Below are positions 9,301 through 19,073 of a stretch of DNA of 60,670 nt, piece after piece. The stretch lies in the sequence record DRR723986_8012. The stretch is one strand, 5' to 3'. The notes below the pieces were generated by a model. That model saw only the letters and a program-made list of their open reading frames with translations. It ran no database searches and was not told the origin of the DNA. The first letter of the stretch is position 1. The number at the start of each line of letters is the position of its first letter. The translations under genes and the position numbers were made by a program.

Positions 9301-9319
9301 GCAAATAGTAATCATTTAT
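9301..9319. promoter_or_regulatory. Fur box-like site
   Basis: GCAAATAGTAATCATTTAT resembles GATAATGATAATCATTATC; 55 bp upstream of the iron-binding protein gene. Confidence 0.65.
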
Positions 9320-9421
9320 GTAACAAGAAGTGTTCTCGTTTAACAATAATTTTTGCGGTAGTCAGAGTGACGTAAGCGCGAGTTTCTACATTGGGTGCAA
9401 CAAGAATGAGGAGACAGTGCT

Positions 9422-11335
9422 GTGGTTGAGCAAGCGAAGTATCAGTCCAACGGGACATATCAGAATTTGTATGATGAATCCATTCGCAATCCCAAGGGTT
9501 TTTGGGCCCGACAGGCGGATTTGATTCACTGGCAAAAACCGTTTGAGAAGGTGCTGGATGACAGCAGACCACCCTTCGCGGCCTGGTATGTAGGTGGGGA
9601 AACCAACTTGTGTTACAACGCCGTGGATCGGCATCTTGACCAGTTGGGCGACAAGCCCGCACTCATCTACGTGTCTACTGAAGTAGATCAGGAAAAAGTG
9701 TATACCTTCCGCCAATTGCACCAGGAGGTGCAAATTGCGGCTGCCATGCTGCAAAAGATGGGTGTGAAAAAGGGCGACAGGGTGTTGATCTACATGCCCA
9801 TGATTCCTGAAGCGACTTTTGCGATTTTGGCCTGTGCCCGAATCGGTGCAATTCATTCCGTGGTATTTGGTGGGTTTGCTTCTCACAGCCTTGCGTCGCG
9901 AATTGAAGATGCGAAGCCGAAGGTGATTGTGTCGGCCGATGCAGGTTCACGCGCTGGCAAAGCCGTGGCTTACAAACCATTGTTGGACGAGGCGATCGAG
10001 CGCTCAAGCTACAAGCCAGGCCATGTATTGATGGTCAACCGGGGTTTGGTGCCATTCAGCAGTGTGGCTGGGCGCGATCAAGATTACGCCGCCTTGCGCA
10101 AAGAACTGGCCACTGCCAAAGTGCCAGTGACCTGGCTTCAGGCGACTGACACGAGTTACATTCTCTACACCAGTGGTACCACAGGTAAACCCAAGGGTGT
10201 GCAGCGCGATGTGGGCGGTTATGCCGTGGCCCTTGCTGCTTCAATGAAGTACATTTTCATGGGGGAAAAAGGAAAAACATTCTTTGCCACCAGTGACATT
10301 GGATGGGTGGTGGGGCACAGCTACATTATTTACGGCCCCTTGATTGCCGGCATGGCCACCGTGATGTACGAGGGCGTTCCCATTCGACCCGATGCAGGTA
10401 TTTGGTGGAAGATCGTTCAGGATCACAAGGTATCGGTGTTGTTCTCTGCACCAACCGCGGTGCGGGTATTGAAGAAGCAGGATCCCGCTTACTTGAGCAA
10501 ATACGACTTGAGTTCACTGAAGGCGCTGTTTTTGGCTGGCGAACCTTTGGATGAAACGACCTCCGACTGGATTTCGGGTGCGATTGGAAAACCAATTGTA
10601 GATAACTATTGGCAAACGGAAACTGGCTGGCCAATTCTTGCAGTGCAACGCGGCATTGAAGAAATGCCTGGCAAGCTGGGTAGCCCCGGTGTGCCCGTGT
10701 TTGGATTCAACGTGAATGTGTTGAACGAAGAAACTGCTCAGCCCTGTAAAGCGAATGAAAAAGGTGTGGTGGCGATTGAAGGGCCACTGCCGCCCGGTTG
10801 TATGCAAACCGTGTGGGGCGATGATGAACGGTTTGTGAAAACCTACTGGTCGAGTTTTAAAACCCGACAGGTTTATTCCACCTTCGATTGGGGTATTCGC
10901 GATGAAGACGGGTATTTCTTTATTCTTGGTCGCACGGACGATGTGATCAACGTGGCGGGTCACCGTTTGGGCACTCGCGAAATCGAGGAAAGTATTTCCT
11001 CCCACCCCGCGGTCGCTGAAGTGGCCGTGGTGGGCGTGGCCGATCAGGTGAAAGGGCAGGTGGCAGTGGCTTTTGCCATTTTGAAGTCGGCCGATGCGGT
11101 GGATGGGGCCCAGGCCAAAACTCTGGAAGCAGAGATCATGAAGGTAGTGGATTCCCAGCTGGGTGCAGTGGCCAGACCCGCCCGAGTGTATTTTGTGAAT
11201 GTGCTGCCCAAGACACGTTCCGGCAAATTGCTGCGACGGTCAATTCAGGCGGTTTGTGAAGGCCGCGATCCTGGCGACATGACTACGATTGAAGACCCCA
11301 CTGCGCTGGCGCAAATCAAAACTGCCATGGCATGA
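9422..11335 (+). CDS. prpE: Propionate--CoA ligase
   Basis: [59 protein letters not shown] before GTG. Confidence 0.9.
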   Translation: MVEQAKYQSNGTYQNLYDESIRNPKGFWARQADLIHWQKPFEKVLDDSRPPFAAWYVGGETNLCYNAVDRHLDQLGDKPALIYVSTEVDQEKVYTFRQLHQEVQIAAAMLQKMGVKKGDRVLIYMPMIPEATFAILACARIGAIHSVVFGGFASHSLASRIEDAKPKVIVSADAGSRAGKAVAYKPLLDEAIERSSYKPGHVLMVNRGLVPFSSVAGRDQDYAALRKELATAKVPVTWLQATDTSYILYTSGTTGKPKGVQRDVGGYAVALAASMKYIFMGEKGKTFFATSDIGWVVGHSYIIYGPLIAGMATVMYEGVPIRPDAGIWWKIVQDHKVSVLFSAPTAVRVLKKQDPAYLSKYDLSSLKALFLAGEPLDETTSDWISGAIGKPIVDNYWQTETGWPILAVQRGIEEMPGKLGSPGVPVFGFNVNVLNEETAQPCKANEKGVVAIEGPLPPGCMQTVWGDDERFVKTYWSSFKTRQVYSTFDWGIRDEDGYFFILGRTDDVINVAGHRLGTREIEESISSHPAVAEVAVVGVADQVKGQVAVAFAILKSADAVDGAQAKTLEAEIMKVVDSQLGAVARPARVYFVNVLPKTRSGKLLRRSIQAVCEGRDPGDMTTIEDPTALAQIKTAMA

Positions 11336-11358
11336 GCAAAGTACGTCCATGAAGCTTG

Positions 11359-11395
11359 AAAACAGGCCCGTAAAGCCGGGCTTGTTTCTGTTTTG
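11359..11395 (+). terminator. Probable terminator after prpE
   Basis: AAACAGGCCCG-TAAAGC-CGGGCTTGTTT followed by a T-rich tail. Confidence 0.6.
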
Positions 11396-11456
11396 TGGTG
11401 TGTTTTAAAACATGCTTTAATGGGTTGTCACCGGCCGTTTCAGGGAGGGCAACTGA

Positions 11457-12230
11457 ATGGCAGATCATTCGCTGGAAGTACTCAAGCTCAGCGTGTTGTT
11501 CGACAACCATTTTTTCAATGGTGCGCCCACGCAGGTCCATTTCATTCAAAACAGCACGATGGTCGGAACCTGGGTTGATGAGCAGGGCGCCGCAAATTTA
11601 AGTGTCGGACTTGACCGAATCCAATTCATGAGCAGCGATCAACTGGCTTTTTTGATAGCCCATGAGTATGGTCACCTTGTGTTGAAACATCCCCAAAAAA
11701 CCCAGGAAATCCAGCAGCAATACGGGATCGTCTCGACCTTCGATGAATTCATGTTGTCGTTCGATGCAAAGCGCGATTATTCCAAACTGATGCGTGACAT
11801 GGAACTGCAGGCCGATTTGTTTGGCGCAAAGCTGGTGTTGGGCCTGGGGCGAGACCCTGTCTCGGGTGCCTCTTTTTTGCTGGGTGAAACCAAAAGTATC
11901 CAGCATCCCGAGGGCACCTTGCGGCTCGCAAAAATCAAGGCAGGCGAGTCGAACCTGATCGCAGAGGATTTCTCGGACACATTCAGTGATTTGGCCATGC
12001 AGTTAAGCGATGCAGAGGTGTTGGCCGCCTTGGTGCCCAGCGACACATTGCCCGTCGATTCAAACGATTCCACGGTAAAAGCTGTGGTTGAAAGTTGGCC
12101 CGTTGCCGTTGATGTGGGTGACTATGCAGGCGACACGCTGTATGGATTCGAGGTGTCGGTTTTGCTGACGGTTGCAGTGCTGGCCTGCGCCTTGCCAAGA
12201 TGGTGGCGCAGGACCAGAGTGGGTCAGTGA
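11457..12230 (+). CDS. M48-like zinc metallopeptidase with C-terminal membrane anchor
   Basis: LAFLIAHEYGH (HExxH), ELQADLFG, QHP..R; hydrophobic C-terminal segment followed by RWWRR; RBS AGGGAGG. Confidence 0.75.
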   Translation: MADHSLEVLKLSVLFDNHFFNGAPTQVHFIQNSTMVGTWVDEQGAANLSVGLDRIQFMSSDQLAFLIAHEYGHLVLKHPQKTQEIQQQYGIVSTFDEFMLSFDAKRDYSKLMRDMELQADLFGAKLVLGLGRDPVSGASFLLGETKSIQHPEGTLRLAKIKAGESNLIAEDFSDTFSDLAMQLSDAEVLAALVPSDTLPVDSNDSTVKAVVESWPVAVDVGDYAGDTLYGFEVSVLLTVAVLACALPRWWRRTRVGQ

Positions 12231-12241
12231 TCTCGGGGGTA

Positions 12242-13762
12242 TCAGGCCACGCTGACCGGAATTTTCCCGATCTTGGCTTGCCATTCTTTGGGGCCGGTGT
12301 TGTGCACAGATATACCCGTGCTGTCCACGGCCACAGTGACTGGCATGTCCTTGATCTCGAATTCGTAAATGGCTTCCATACCCAGGTCTTCAAAGCCCAC
12401 CACTTTGGCGTTGGTAATCGCTTTGGACACCAAATAAGCCGCGCCACCCACAGCCATCAAATAAGCTGATTTGTTGTCGCGGATTGCTTCGATGGCGACA
12501 GGCCCACGCTCGGCTTTGCCCACCATGGCGATCAGTCCTGTTTTTTCCAGCATCATGCGGGTGAACTTGTCCATGCGTGTCGCGGTGGTGGGGCCTGCAG
12601 GTCCAACGGCTTCCTCGCGCACAGGGTCGACTGGGCCCACGTAATAGATCACACGGTTGGTGAAGTCCACGGGCAGTTTCTCGCCCTTGGCCAACATGTC
12701 GGCGATGCGTTTGTGCGCAGCGTCGCGGCCCGTCAGCATTTTGCCGTTCAATAGCAAGGTTTGACCGGGTTTCCAGCTGGCCACTTCTTCCGGGGTCAGC
12801 TTGTCCAGATCAACACGTTTGCTTTTCTCGGTGTCAGCGGTCCAGCTCACTTGTGGCCAGTCGGAAATATTCGGTGCTTCCAGTTTGGCAGGGCCATCGC
12901 CGTGCAAGTGGAAGTGGACGTGACGGGTGGCGGCACAGTTCGGAATCATTGCGATTGGCAAGGATGCAGCATGCGTGGGGTAGTCGAGAATTTTGACATC
13001 CAGAACCGTGGTCAGGCCACCCAGGCCTTGTGCGCCAATACCCAGTGAGTTCACTTTGTCGTAAAGCTCAAGGCGCAATTCCTCAATTCGGTTGTTCGGG
13101 CCACGGGCCAACAGTTCATGAATATCGCAAGGCGCCATCAGGCTTTCTTTGGCCAGCAGCATCGCTTTTTCGGGTGTGCCACCAATACCAATGCCCAAAA
13201 TGCCAGGCGGGCACCAGCCTGCGCCCATGGTGGGTACCGTTTTCAGGACCCAGTCCACGATGGAATCCGATGGGTTAAGCATGACCATTTTGGATTTGTT
13301 TTCGGAGCCACCACCCTTGGCTGCACAGATTACTTCGACATCGTCGCCGGGCACAATTTCATAGTGAATCACCGCGGGTGTGTTGTCTTTGCTGTTTTTG
13401 CGGGCACCCGCGGGGTCGAGGAGCACTGATGCACGCAATTTGTTGTCAGGGTGCAGGTAGGCGCGGCGCACGCCTTCGTTGACCATTTCGCTCACGCTCA
13501 GTTTTGAATCCCAACGCACATTCATGCCCACTTTGAGGAACACCACGGCAATTCCGGTGTCTTGACAAATAGGGCGTTTGCCTTCGGCGCACATGCGGCT
13601 GTTCGTCAGGATTTGCGCGATCGCGTCTTTGGCAGCAGCACTTTCTTCGCGCTCGTAAGCCTTACCCAAGGCTTGAATGTAATCCAGCGGGTGGTAATAA
13701 GAAATGTACTGGAAAGCGTCGGCAATCGAGCTGATGAAGTCTTCTTGCTTGATGGTGGTCAT
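12242..13762 (-). CDS. Class I Fe-S fumarate hydratase
   Basis: PICQDTG, KGGGSENK, GWCPPG, PNCAATR, TGRDAAH, AGPTTATRM. Confidence 0.93.
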   Translation of the reverse strand: MTTIKQEDFISSIADAFQYISYYHPLDYIQALGKAYEREESAAAKDAIAQILTNSRMCAEGKRPICQDTGIAVVFLKVGMNVRWDSKLSVSEMVNEGVRRAYLHPDNKLRASVLLDPAGARKNSKDNTPAVIHYEIVPGDDVEVICAAKGGGSENKSKMVMLNPSDSIVDWVLKTVPTMGAGWCPPGILGIGIGGTPEKAMLLAKESLMAPCDIHELLARGPNNRIEELRLELYDKVNSLGIGAQGLGGLTTVLDVKILDYPTHAASLPIAMIPNCAATRHVHFHLHGDGPAKLEAPNISDWPQVSWTADTEKSKRVDLDKLTPEEVASWKPGQTLLLNGKMLTGRDAAHKRIADMLAKGEKLPVDFTNRVIYYVGPVDPVREEAVGPAGPTTATRMDKFTRMMLEKTGLIAMVGKAERGPVAIEAIRDNKSAYLMAVGGAAYLVSKAITNAKVVGFEDLGMEAIYEFEIKDMPVTVAVDSTGISVHNTGPKEWQAKIGKIPVSVA

Positions 13763-13801
13763 GAACTGCTCCTGATCAAAATATGTGCTTAGCCCGTTAT
13801 T

Positions 13802-14338
13802 TTAATGTGCTTTACCGTGGGCAGGTTGCGAGATGAGTCGGTCACACCAGGCAATTGCAACTGCAGACAAGAGGAAAATCACGTGGATGGAAGACTGGGC
13901 CACGATTGTTTTGGTGTCGTACTGCTCGGCGTTGATGAAGGTTTTTAGCAGGTGAATGGAGGAAATACCGATGATGGCCATGGCCAGTTTTACTTTCAGT
14001 ACTGAGGCGTTAACGTGATCCAGCCACTCCGGTTGATCCGGATGCGTTTCCAGTCGCATGCGGCTGACAAAGGTTTCATAGCCGCCTACTGTGACCATGA
14101 TGAGCAGGTTCGATATCATGACCACATCGATGAGTGCCAGGACGATGAGCATGATGCCGGTTTCGTCGAGTTGATGGCTGGCAGTACCACCGACCAAATG
14201 CCAAAGTTCGATTAAAAAGTGATACACATAAACAATTTGGGCGACGATCAAACCGAGATAAAGAGGCAGTTGCAGCCAGCGACTGGAGAAGATGATTCGG
14301 GCCAGCAGTGGAATGGGTTGTTTGTTGTGTTGTTCCAT
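13802..14338 (-). CDS. UPF0114 / TIGR00645 (YqhA-like) membrane protein
   Basis: SRWLQLPLYLGL, GGYETFVS, LKVKLA..IIGISSIHLL. Confidence 0.88.
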   Translation of the reverse strand: MEQHNKQPIPLLARIIFSSRWLQLPLYLGLIVAQIVYVYHFLIELWHLVGGTASHQLDETGIMLIVLALIDVVMISNLLIMVTVGGYETFVSRMRLETHPDQPEWLDHVNASVLKVKLAMAIIGISSIHLLKTFINAEQYDTKTIVAQSSIHVIFLLSAVAIAWCDRLISQPAHGKAH

Positions 14339-14541
14339 TTTGTGACAAGTGTGCAGTGCAGCAATGGTTAATGGGGTAATGGCGGAAACTATAGCAGAAC
14401 CAAGCTACACCGGTGCTGCTTCTGGTCAGCTGGAACGCGAATTGCTGTGGTGCGCCATGGTGTAAGGTGAGAGTAAGAGCTTTTGCCTATTGTTTATGCA
14501 AACTAAATTAATAGAAAACTAAGTAACCCTTGGAGGACAGG

Positions 14542-16524
14542 ATGTCATCGATCGAATCAGTGTCACATGAAACACGCGTGTTTCAGCCCAGTGCCGACTG
14601 GCAACGCAGTGCCGCAATTGGCGGTATGGACGCTTACAAAGCCTTGTGCAAAGAAGCTGAGACAGATTTTGAAGGTTTTTGGGCCCGCCTGGCCAAAGAA
14701 AACCTGCAGTTCGCAAAAGCCTACAACCAGGTATTGGATGAATCCAACCCACCGTTCTACAAATGGTTCACTGGCGGCGAATTGAATGTTTCGGCCAATT
14801 GCCTGGACAAGAACGTGAATGCCGGCTTGGGTGACAAGGTTGCCCTGATTTTTGAAGCCGATGGCGGCGAAGTGACCAAGGTGACTTACAAGGAATTGCT
14901 GGCCAAGGTAAGCCGCATTGCCAACGGCCTGAAAAGCCTGGGCGTGAAGAAAGGCGATCGTGTGGTGATTTACATGCCCATGAGCGTGGAGGGTGTTGCG
15001 GCCATGCAAGCGTGCGCGCGTATCGGTGCAACCCACTCCGTGGTGTTTGGTGGTTTCTCTGCCAAGGCCTTGCAGGACCGTATCGTTGACACAGGTGCAG
15101 TCGCGGTATTTACCGCCGACCAGCAAGTGCGCGGTGGTAAGCAGTTGCCCCTGAAAGCGATTGTGGATGAAGCGCTGAGCATGGGTGGCTGCGACGCTGT
15201 GAAGAATGTCATTGTGTACAAGCGCACCGGTGCAGACGTAGGCATGCAGGCCGGCCGCGATGTGTATTTGCATGAACTCGCTGACAAGCAAAGCGATGTC
15301 TGCGCGCCTGAAATGGTGGATTCCGAGCACCCGCTGTTTATTCTCTACACTTCGGGCTCAACGGGTAAACCCAAGGGTGTGCAGCACAGTTCTGCTGGTT
15401 ATTTGCTGTGGGCCATGCTCACCATGAAGTGGACTTTCGACATCAAGCCTAACGATGTGTTTTGGTGTACGGCCGACATTGGCTGGATTACCGGTCACAC
15501 TTACATTACCTATGGCCCCTTGGCAGTAGGTGCTACTCAAATCGTGTTTGAGGGTGTGCCCACCTACCCGAATGCCGGTCGTTTCTGGGAAATGATTCAG
15601 CGCCACAGCGCTACCATTTTTTACACCGCACCCACAGCGATCCGTTCATTGATCAAAGCCTCCGAGGCTGATGAGAAAGTGCACCCAAAGAGCTACGACC
15701 TTTCCAGCCTTCGCTTGATGGGCTCAGTCGGCGAGCCGATCAACCCTGAAGCCTGGATGTGGTATTACAAGAATGTGGGTGGTGAAAAATGCCCAATCGT
15801 CGATACCTTCTGGCAAACCGAAACCGGTGGCCACATGATCACGCCATTGCCTGGTGCCACACCCTTGGTGCCTGGTTCATGCACATTGCCATTGCCCGGC
15901 ATTATGGCGGCGGTGGTGGACGAGGTGGGTGGCGATTTGCCCAACGGCCAAGGTGGTATTTTGGTGGTGAAGCGCCCATGGCCTTCAATGATCCGTACCA
16001 TCTGGGGTGACCCGGATCGTTTCAAGAAGAGTTATTTCCCTGAGGAACTGGGTGGCAAGTTGTACCTGGCCGGTGACGGCGCCGTACGCGACAAGGACAG
16101 TGGCAATTTCACCATCATGGGTCGAATTGACGATGTGTTGAACGTGTCGGGACACCGCATGGGCACCATGGAAATTGAAAGCTCACTGGTGGCCAACGAA
16201 TTGGTGGCCGAAGCCGCGGTGGTGGGGCGTCCTGACGATTTGACCGGCGAGGCGATTGTGGCCTTTGTGGTGTTGAAAGGCGATCGCCCCACCGGTGAAG
16301 CCGGGCAGAAACTTGCCATGGACTTGCGCAACTGGGTGGGCAAAGACATCGGCCCGATCGCCAAGCCCAAAGAAATTCGTTTTGGCGACAACCTGCCCAA
16401 AACACGGTCAGGCAAAATCATGCGCCGTTTGTTGCGCAGCCTGGCCAAAGGTGAGCAGATCACGCAAGACACCTCCACCCTGGAGAACCCGGCCATTCTG
16501 GACCAATTGGGCAAGCCGCTCTAA
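14542..16524 (+). CDS. acs: Acetate--CoA ligase
   Basis: [52 protein letters not shown] before ATG 14542. Confidence 0.95.
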   Translation: MSSIESVSHETRVFQPSADWQRSAAIGGMDAYKALCKEAETDFEGFWARLAKENLQFAKAYNQVLDESNPPFYKWFTGGELNVSANCLDKNVNAGLGDKVALIFEADGGEVTKVTYKELLAKVSRIANGLKSLGVKKGDRVVIYMPMSVEGVAAMQACARIGATHSVVFGGFSAKALQDRIVDTGAVAVFTADQQVRGGKQLPLKAIVDEALSMGGCDAVKNVIVYKRTGADVGMQAGRDVYLHELADKQSDVCAPEMVDSEHPLFILYTSGSTGKPKGVQHSSAGYLLWAMLTMKWTFDIKPNDVFWCTADIGWITGHTYITYGPLAVGATQIVFEGVPTYPNAGRFWEMIQRHSATIFYTAPTAIRSLIKASEADEKVHPKSYDLSSLRLMGSVGEPINPEAWMWYYKNVGGEKCPIVDTFWQTETGGHMITPLPGATPLVPGSCTLPLPGIMAAVVDEVGGDLPNGQGGILVVKRPWPSMIRTIWGDPDRFKKSYFPEELGGKLYLAGDGAVRDKDSGNFTIMGRIDDVLNVSGHRMGTMEIESSLVANELVAEAAVVGRPDDLTGEAIVAFVVLKGDRPTGEAGQKLAMDLRNWVGKDIGPIAKPKEIRFGDNLPKTRSGKIMRRLLRSLAKGEQITQDTSTLENPAILDQLGKPL

Positions 16525-16568
16525 TTTAAGCGGCCCCTTCCTTGAACTGGGAAGTGTTGGCAATCCTG

Positions 16569-16602
16569 AAAACCAGTTCCACCTCGGTGGACTGGTTTTT
16601 TT
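16569..16602 (+). terminator. Rho-independent terminator after acs
   Basis: AAAACCAGTTCCAC-CTCG-GTGGACTGG followed by T7. Confidence 0.75.
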
Positions 16603-16636
16603 CGTTTGAAAGAATCAAGTCACCGGGAGATCCTTC

Positions 16637-18691
16637 ATGAGTTTCACGCTCAGCCTGACCCGGTTTTTTTCAGTGCTTACTTTTGGCTTTTTGGTGTGCA
16701 TCGCCGGCGCAGCCATTATGGAGGACTACGGCATAGGCCGGCAGTGGATCGGTTACTTCTTCATTTTCGTCACGCTGGGTGCTTATGCAGTGATCGGTTT
16801 GCTCAGCCGCACTTCGGACATGCATGAATATTTTGTGGCTTCACGCACTGTACCTTCGGTCTACAACGGCATGGCCACAGCGGCCGACTGGATGAGCGCA
16901 GCCTCCTTTCTGGGCGTGGCGGGCACCTTGTTCTACAGTGGTTTTGAAGCCTTGGCCTTGCTGGTGGGTTGGACTGGCGGTTTTGTGCTGATCGCCTTGC
17001 TGATTGCGCCCTACCTGCGCAAATTCGCTTTTTTCTCCGTGGGCGATTTTTTGGCCACCCGCTATGCCGGGCCTGACAAGGGCAGGGCGGTGCGATTGAT
17101 CTGTGTGTTGGTCACTGTGAGCATTTCCTTTGTTTATGTGATTGCACAAATTTACGCGGTGGGTTTGATTACCTCGCGTTTTGCCGGTGTCGAGTTCGGA
17201 ATCGGTGTGTTCTTTGGGCTTGCTGGCATTTTGGTGTGCTCATTTCTGGGCGGTATGCGGGCTGTGACCTGGACTGCGGTTGCGCAGTACATTGTCATGA
17301 TTGTGGCCATGATGGTCAGCGTAGTGGCCTTGATCGGGTTTACCGGCAAAGGCGACACTGAGCGTTTTGTGGATGGTGGCCCCACTAGTTTTCCCGAGTA
17401 TGTGCGGGCGCAGGAGCGCAAATTTTTTGCCGACCCTGCGGAAGCCGAAGTGCGCAGTGCGTACCTGCGGGAAGCGGATCGTTACCAGTTGTTGATTGAT
17501 ACCCTGCCTTCATCTTGGGCGGAAGGGTATGAGGCACGCCGTAAAAATCTCGAGTTGGCCCGCTACGATGGCTCAACATTTCAGGAAATCAAAGCAGCGG
17601 AGCGGGTGCTGACCAGTTACCCCAAAGACCCCCAAGATGCCAAACGCAAGTGGAGTCAGGAAAAGCAGCGTTATCTGGACAAGGTGAAAGCCAGCGTGCC
17701 GCATTTTGGGTCGGTCAAAGACGATTCCGGGTTGTCGAATTCCCGGGCCTTGATCAGTTTTTTGGCGGTGGCTTTTACCCTGATGTGTGGGACCGTTGCA
17801 TTGCCCCACATCATCATGCGGTTTTACACCACACCGAATGCCTCACAAACCCGGTGGTCGGTGGTGTTTGCCTTGGGTTGCATTCTGGTCATTTATCTCG
17901 CATCACCTTGGTTGAGTGTGATTGCCAAGGTGGTGGTTTACGAAAACCTGGTCGGATTGAGTTATAACGAGATTCCAAACTGGATCGCTGCGTGGTCCAG
18001 GGTAACACCAGGCCTGGCCACCTTGCAGGACGTGAATCAGGACGGTGTGGTGCAGTTTGCCGAAATTGGCTTGAGCCCCGACATTTTGGTGTTGATTACG
18101 CCAGAAATTGCGGGCATGCCGTTTTTTCTTTCAGGTTTGATTGCTGCCGGTGGCCTTGCTGCCGCATTGTCGACTGCCGATGGACTACTGCTTGCAATTG
18201 CAGGCAGTCTGTCGCACGACCTGTATTACCGGGTGCTTGACCCCGAGGCCACTGCACAGCGCAGGGTGACCATGTCGAAAATTGCGCTATTGAGCGCAGC
18301 GTTGATGGCTGCCTGGATCACCAGTTTGCAGCCAGGCAATATTGTGGTCTTGGTGGGCTCTGCATTTGCTTTGGCAGCCTCAAGCCTGTTTGTGCCACTA
18401 GTGGCCGGTATTTTCTGGAGCGGTGCCACACGCCGTGGGGCCTTGTGGGCCATGGGCACCGGGTTTCTCAGTTCAAGTCTTTGCCTTGCGTTGACCAATT
18501 CATCGTTCATGGCTTTGTTTAATCTGGATGCTGTGCAAATTGGGGGTTTGAGCGGCGTGGCCAGTGGTGTGTTTACCATTCCTCTAAGCGCATTGGCCAT
18601 GGTGGTTGCCTCCCTGTTGGGTGGGCGCAAAGACGAAGCACCCGCCGTAATGCGTGTGTTGCGACTGCCCGAATCGGAAGGAAAACTGTGA
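16637..18691 (+). CDS. Sodium:solute symporter (ActP-related, VC_2705-like subfamily)
   Basis: NGMATAADWMSAASF, LGGMRAVTWT, LPHIIMRFYT, AAGGLAAALSTADGLL. Confidence 0.88.
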   Translation: MSFTLSLTRFFSVLTFGFLVCIAGAAIMEDYGIGRQWIGYFFIFVTLGAYAVIGLLSRTSDMHEYFVASRTVPSVYNGMATAADWMSAASFLGVAGTLFYSGFEALALLVGWTGGFVLIALLIAPYLRKFAFFSVGDFLATRYAGPDKGRAVRLICVLVTVSISFVYVIAQIYAVGLITSRFAGVEFGIGVFFGLAGILVCSFLGGMRAVTWTAVAQYIVMIVAMMVSVVALIGFTGKGDTERFVDGGPTSFPEYVRAQERKFFADPAEAEVRSAYLREADRYQLLIDTLPSSWAEGYEARRKNLELARYDGSTFQEIKAAERVLTSYPKDPQDAKRKWSQEKQRYLDKVKASVPHFGSVKDDSGLSNSRALISFLAVAFTLMCGTVALPHIIMRFYTTPNASQTRWSVVFALGCILVIYLASPWLSVIAKVVVYENLVGLSYNEIPNWIAAWSRVTPGLATLQDVNQDGVVQFAEIGLSPDILVLITPEIAGMPFFLSGLIAAGGLAAALSTADGLLLAIAGSLSHDLYYRVLDPEATAQRRVTMSKIALLSAALMAAWITSLQPGNIVVLVGSAFALAASSLFVPLVAGIFWSGATRRGALWAMGTGFLSSSLCLALTNSSFMALFNLDAVQIGGLSGVASGVFTIPLSALAMVVASLLGGRKDEAPAVMRVLRLPESEGKL

Positions 18692-18728
18692 TGCTGAGCG
18701 AATGCACTGGATACCCAAGGCGATTCTT

Positions 18729-18737
18729 TGCTATACT
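18729..18737 (+). promoter_or_regulatory. Extended -10 promoter for tRNA-Ser
   Basis: TGcTATACT followed by a GC-rich discriminator, 14 nt before the tRNA. Confidence 0.55.
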
Positions 18738-18751
18738 CTCGCGCTTACCGC

Positions 18752-18842
18752 GGAGAGATGGATGAGTGGTTTAAGTCGCACGCCTGGAAAGCGTGTATAG
18801 GTTAATAGCCTATCGGGGGTTCGAATCCCCCTCTCTCCGCCA
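18752..18842 (+). tRNA. tRNA-Ser (anticodon GGA)
   Basis: Acceptor stem GGAGAGA/TCTCTCC + GCCA; anticodon arm CACGC-CT-GGA-AA-GCGTG; long variable arm; GGTTCGAATCC T-arm. Confidence 0.98.
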
Positions 18843-18850
18843 GAAATTAC

Positions 18851-18882
18851 AAAAAGCCCTGAACCGAGTTCAGGGCTTTTTT
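18851..18882 (+). terminator. Terminator after tRNA-Ser
   Basis: AAAAAGCCCTGAAC-CGA-GTTCAGGGC-TTTTTT. Confidence 0.85.
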
Positions 18883-18888
18883 CATTTC

Positions 18889-18965
18889 CGGGCGGCAGAG
18901 AAGCAAAGTCCCTGCGGACTTTGCGTGGGGGATTCGAAGCTTTTCGCCTGTGAGCGAAAAGCCGG
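18889..18965. repeat. tRNA-linked palindromic element containing an inverted copy of the tRNA 3' end
   Basis: GGGGGATTCGAA (18927-38) is the reverse complement of tRNA 18820-31; hairpins at 18903-24 and 18939-62. Confidence 0.7.
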
Positions 18966-19073
18966 GAGAATCGACCGTGCAAGAGACGAACGTGAGTGAG
19001 GCTCGCGGCAGGGACGGGTTAAAATCGCGAACTAACGTCGGCAGTTAGCAGCATTCAAACCAGGAGTACCCCC

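Noticed and set aside
10184-15385. Identical GGTAAACCCAAGGGTGTGCAGC in prpE and acs
   Set aside because: Encodes the conserved GKPKGVQ AMP-binding motif of paralogs; not a mobile repeat.
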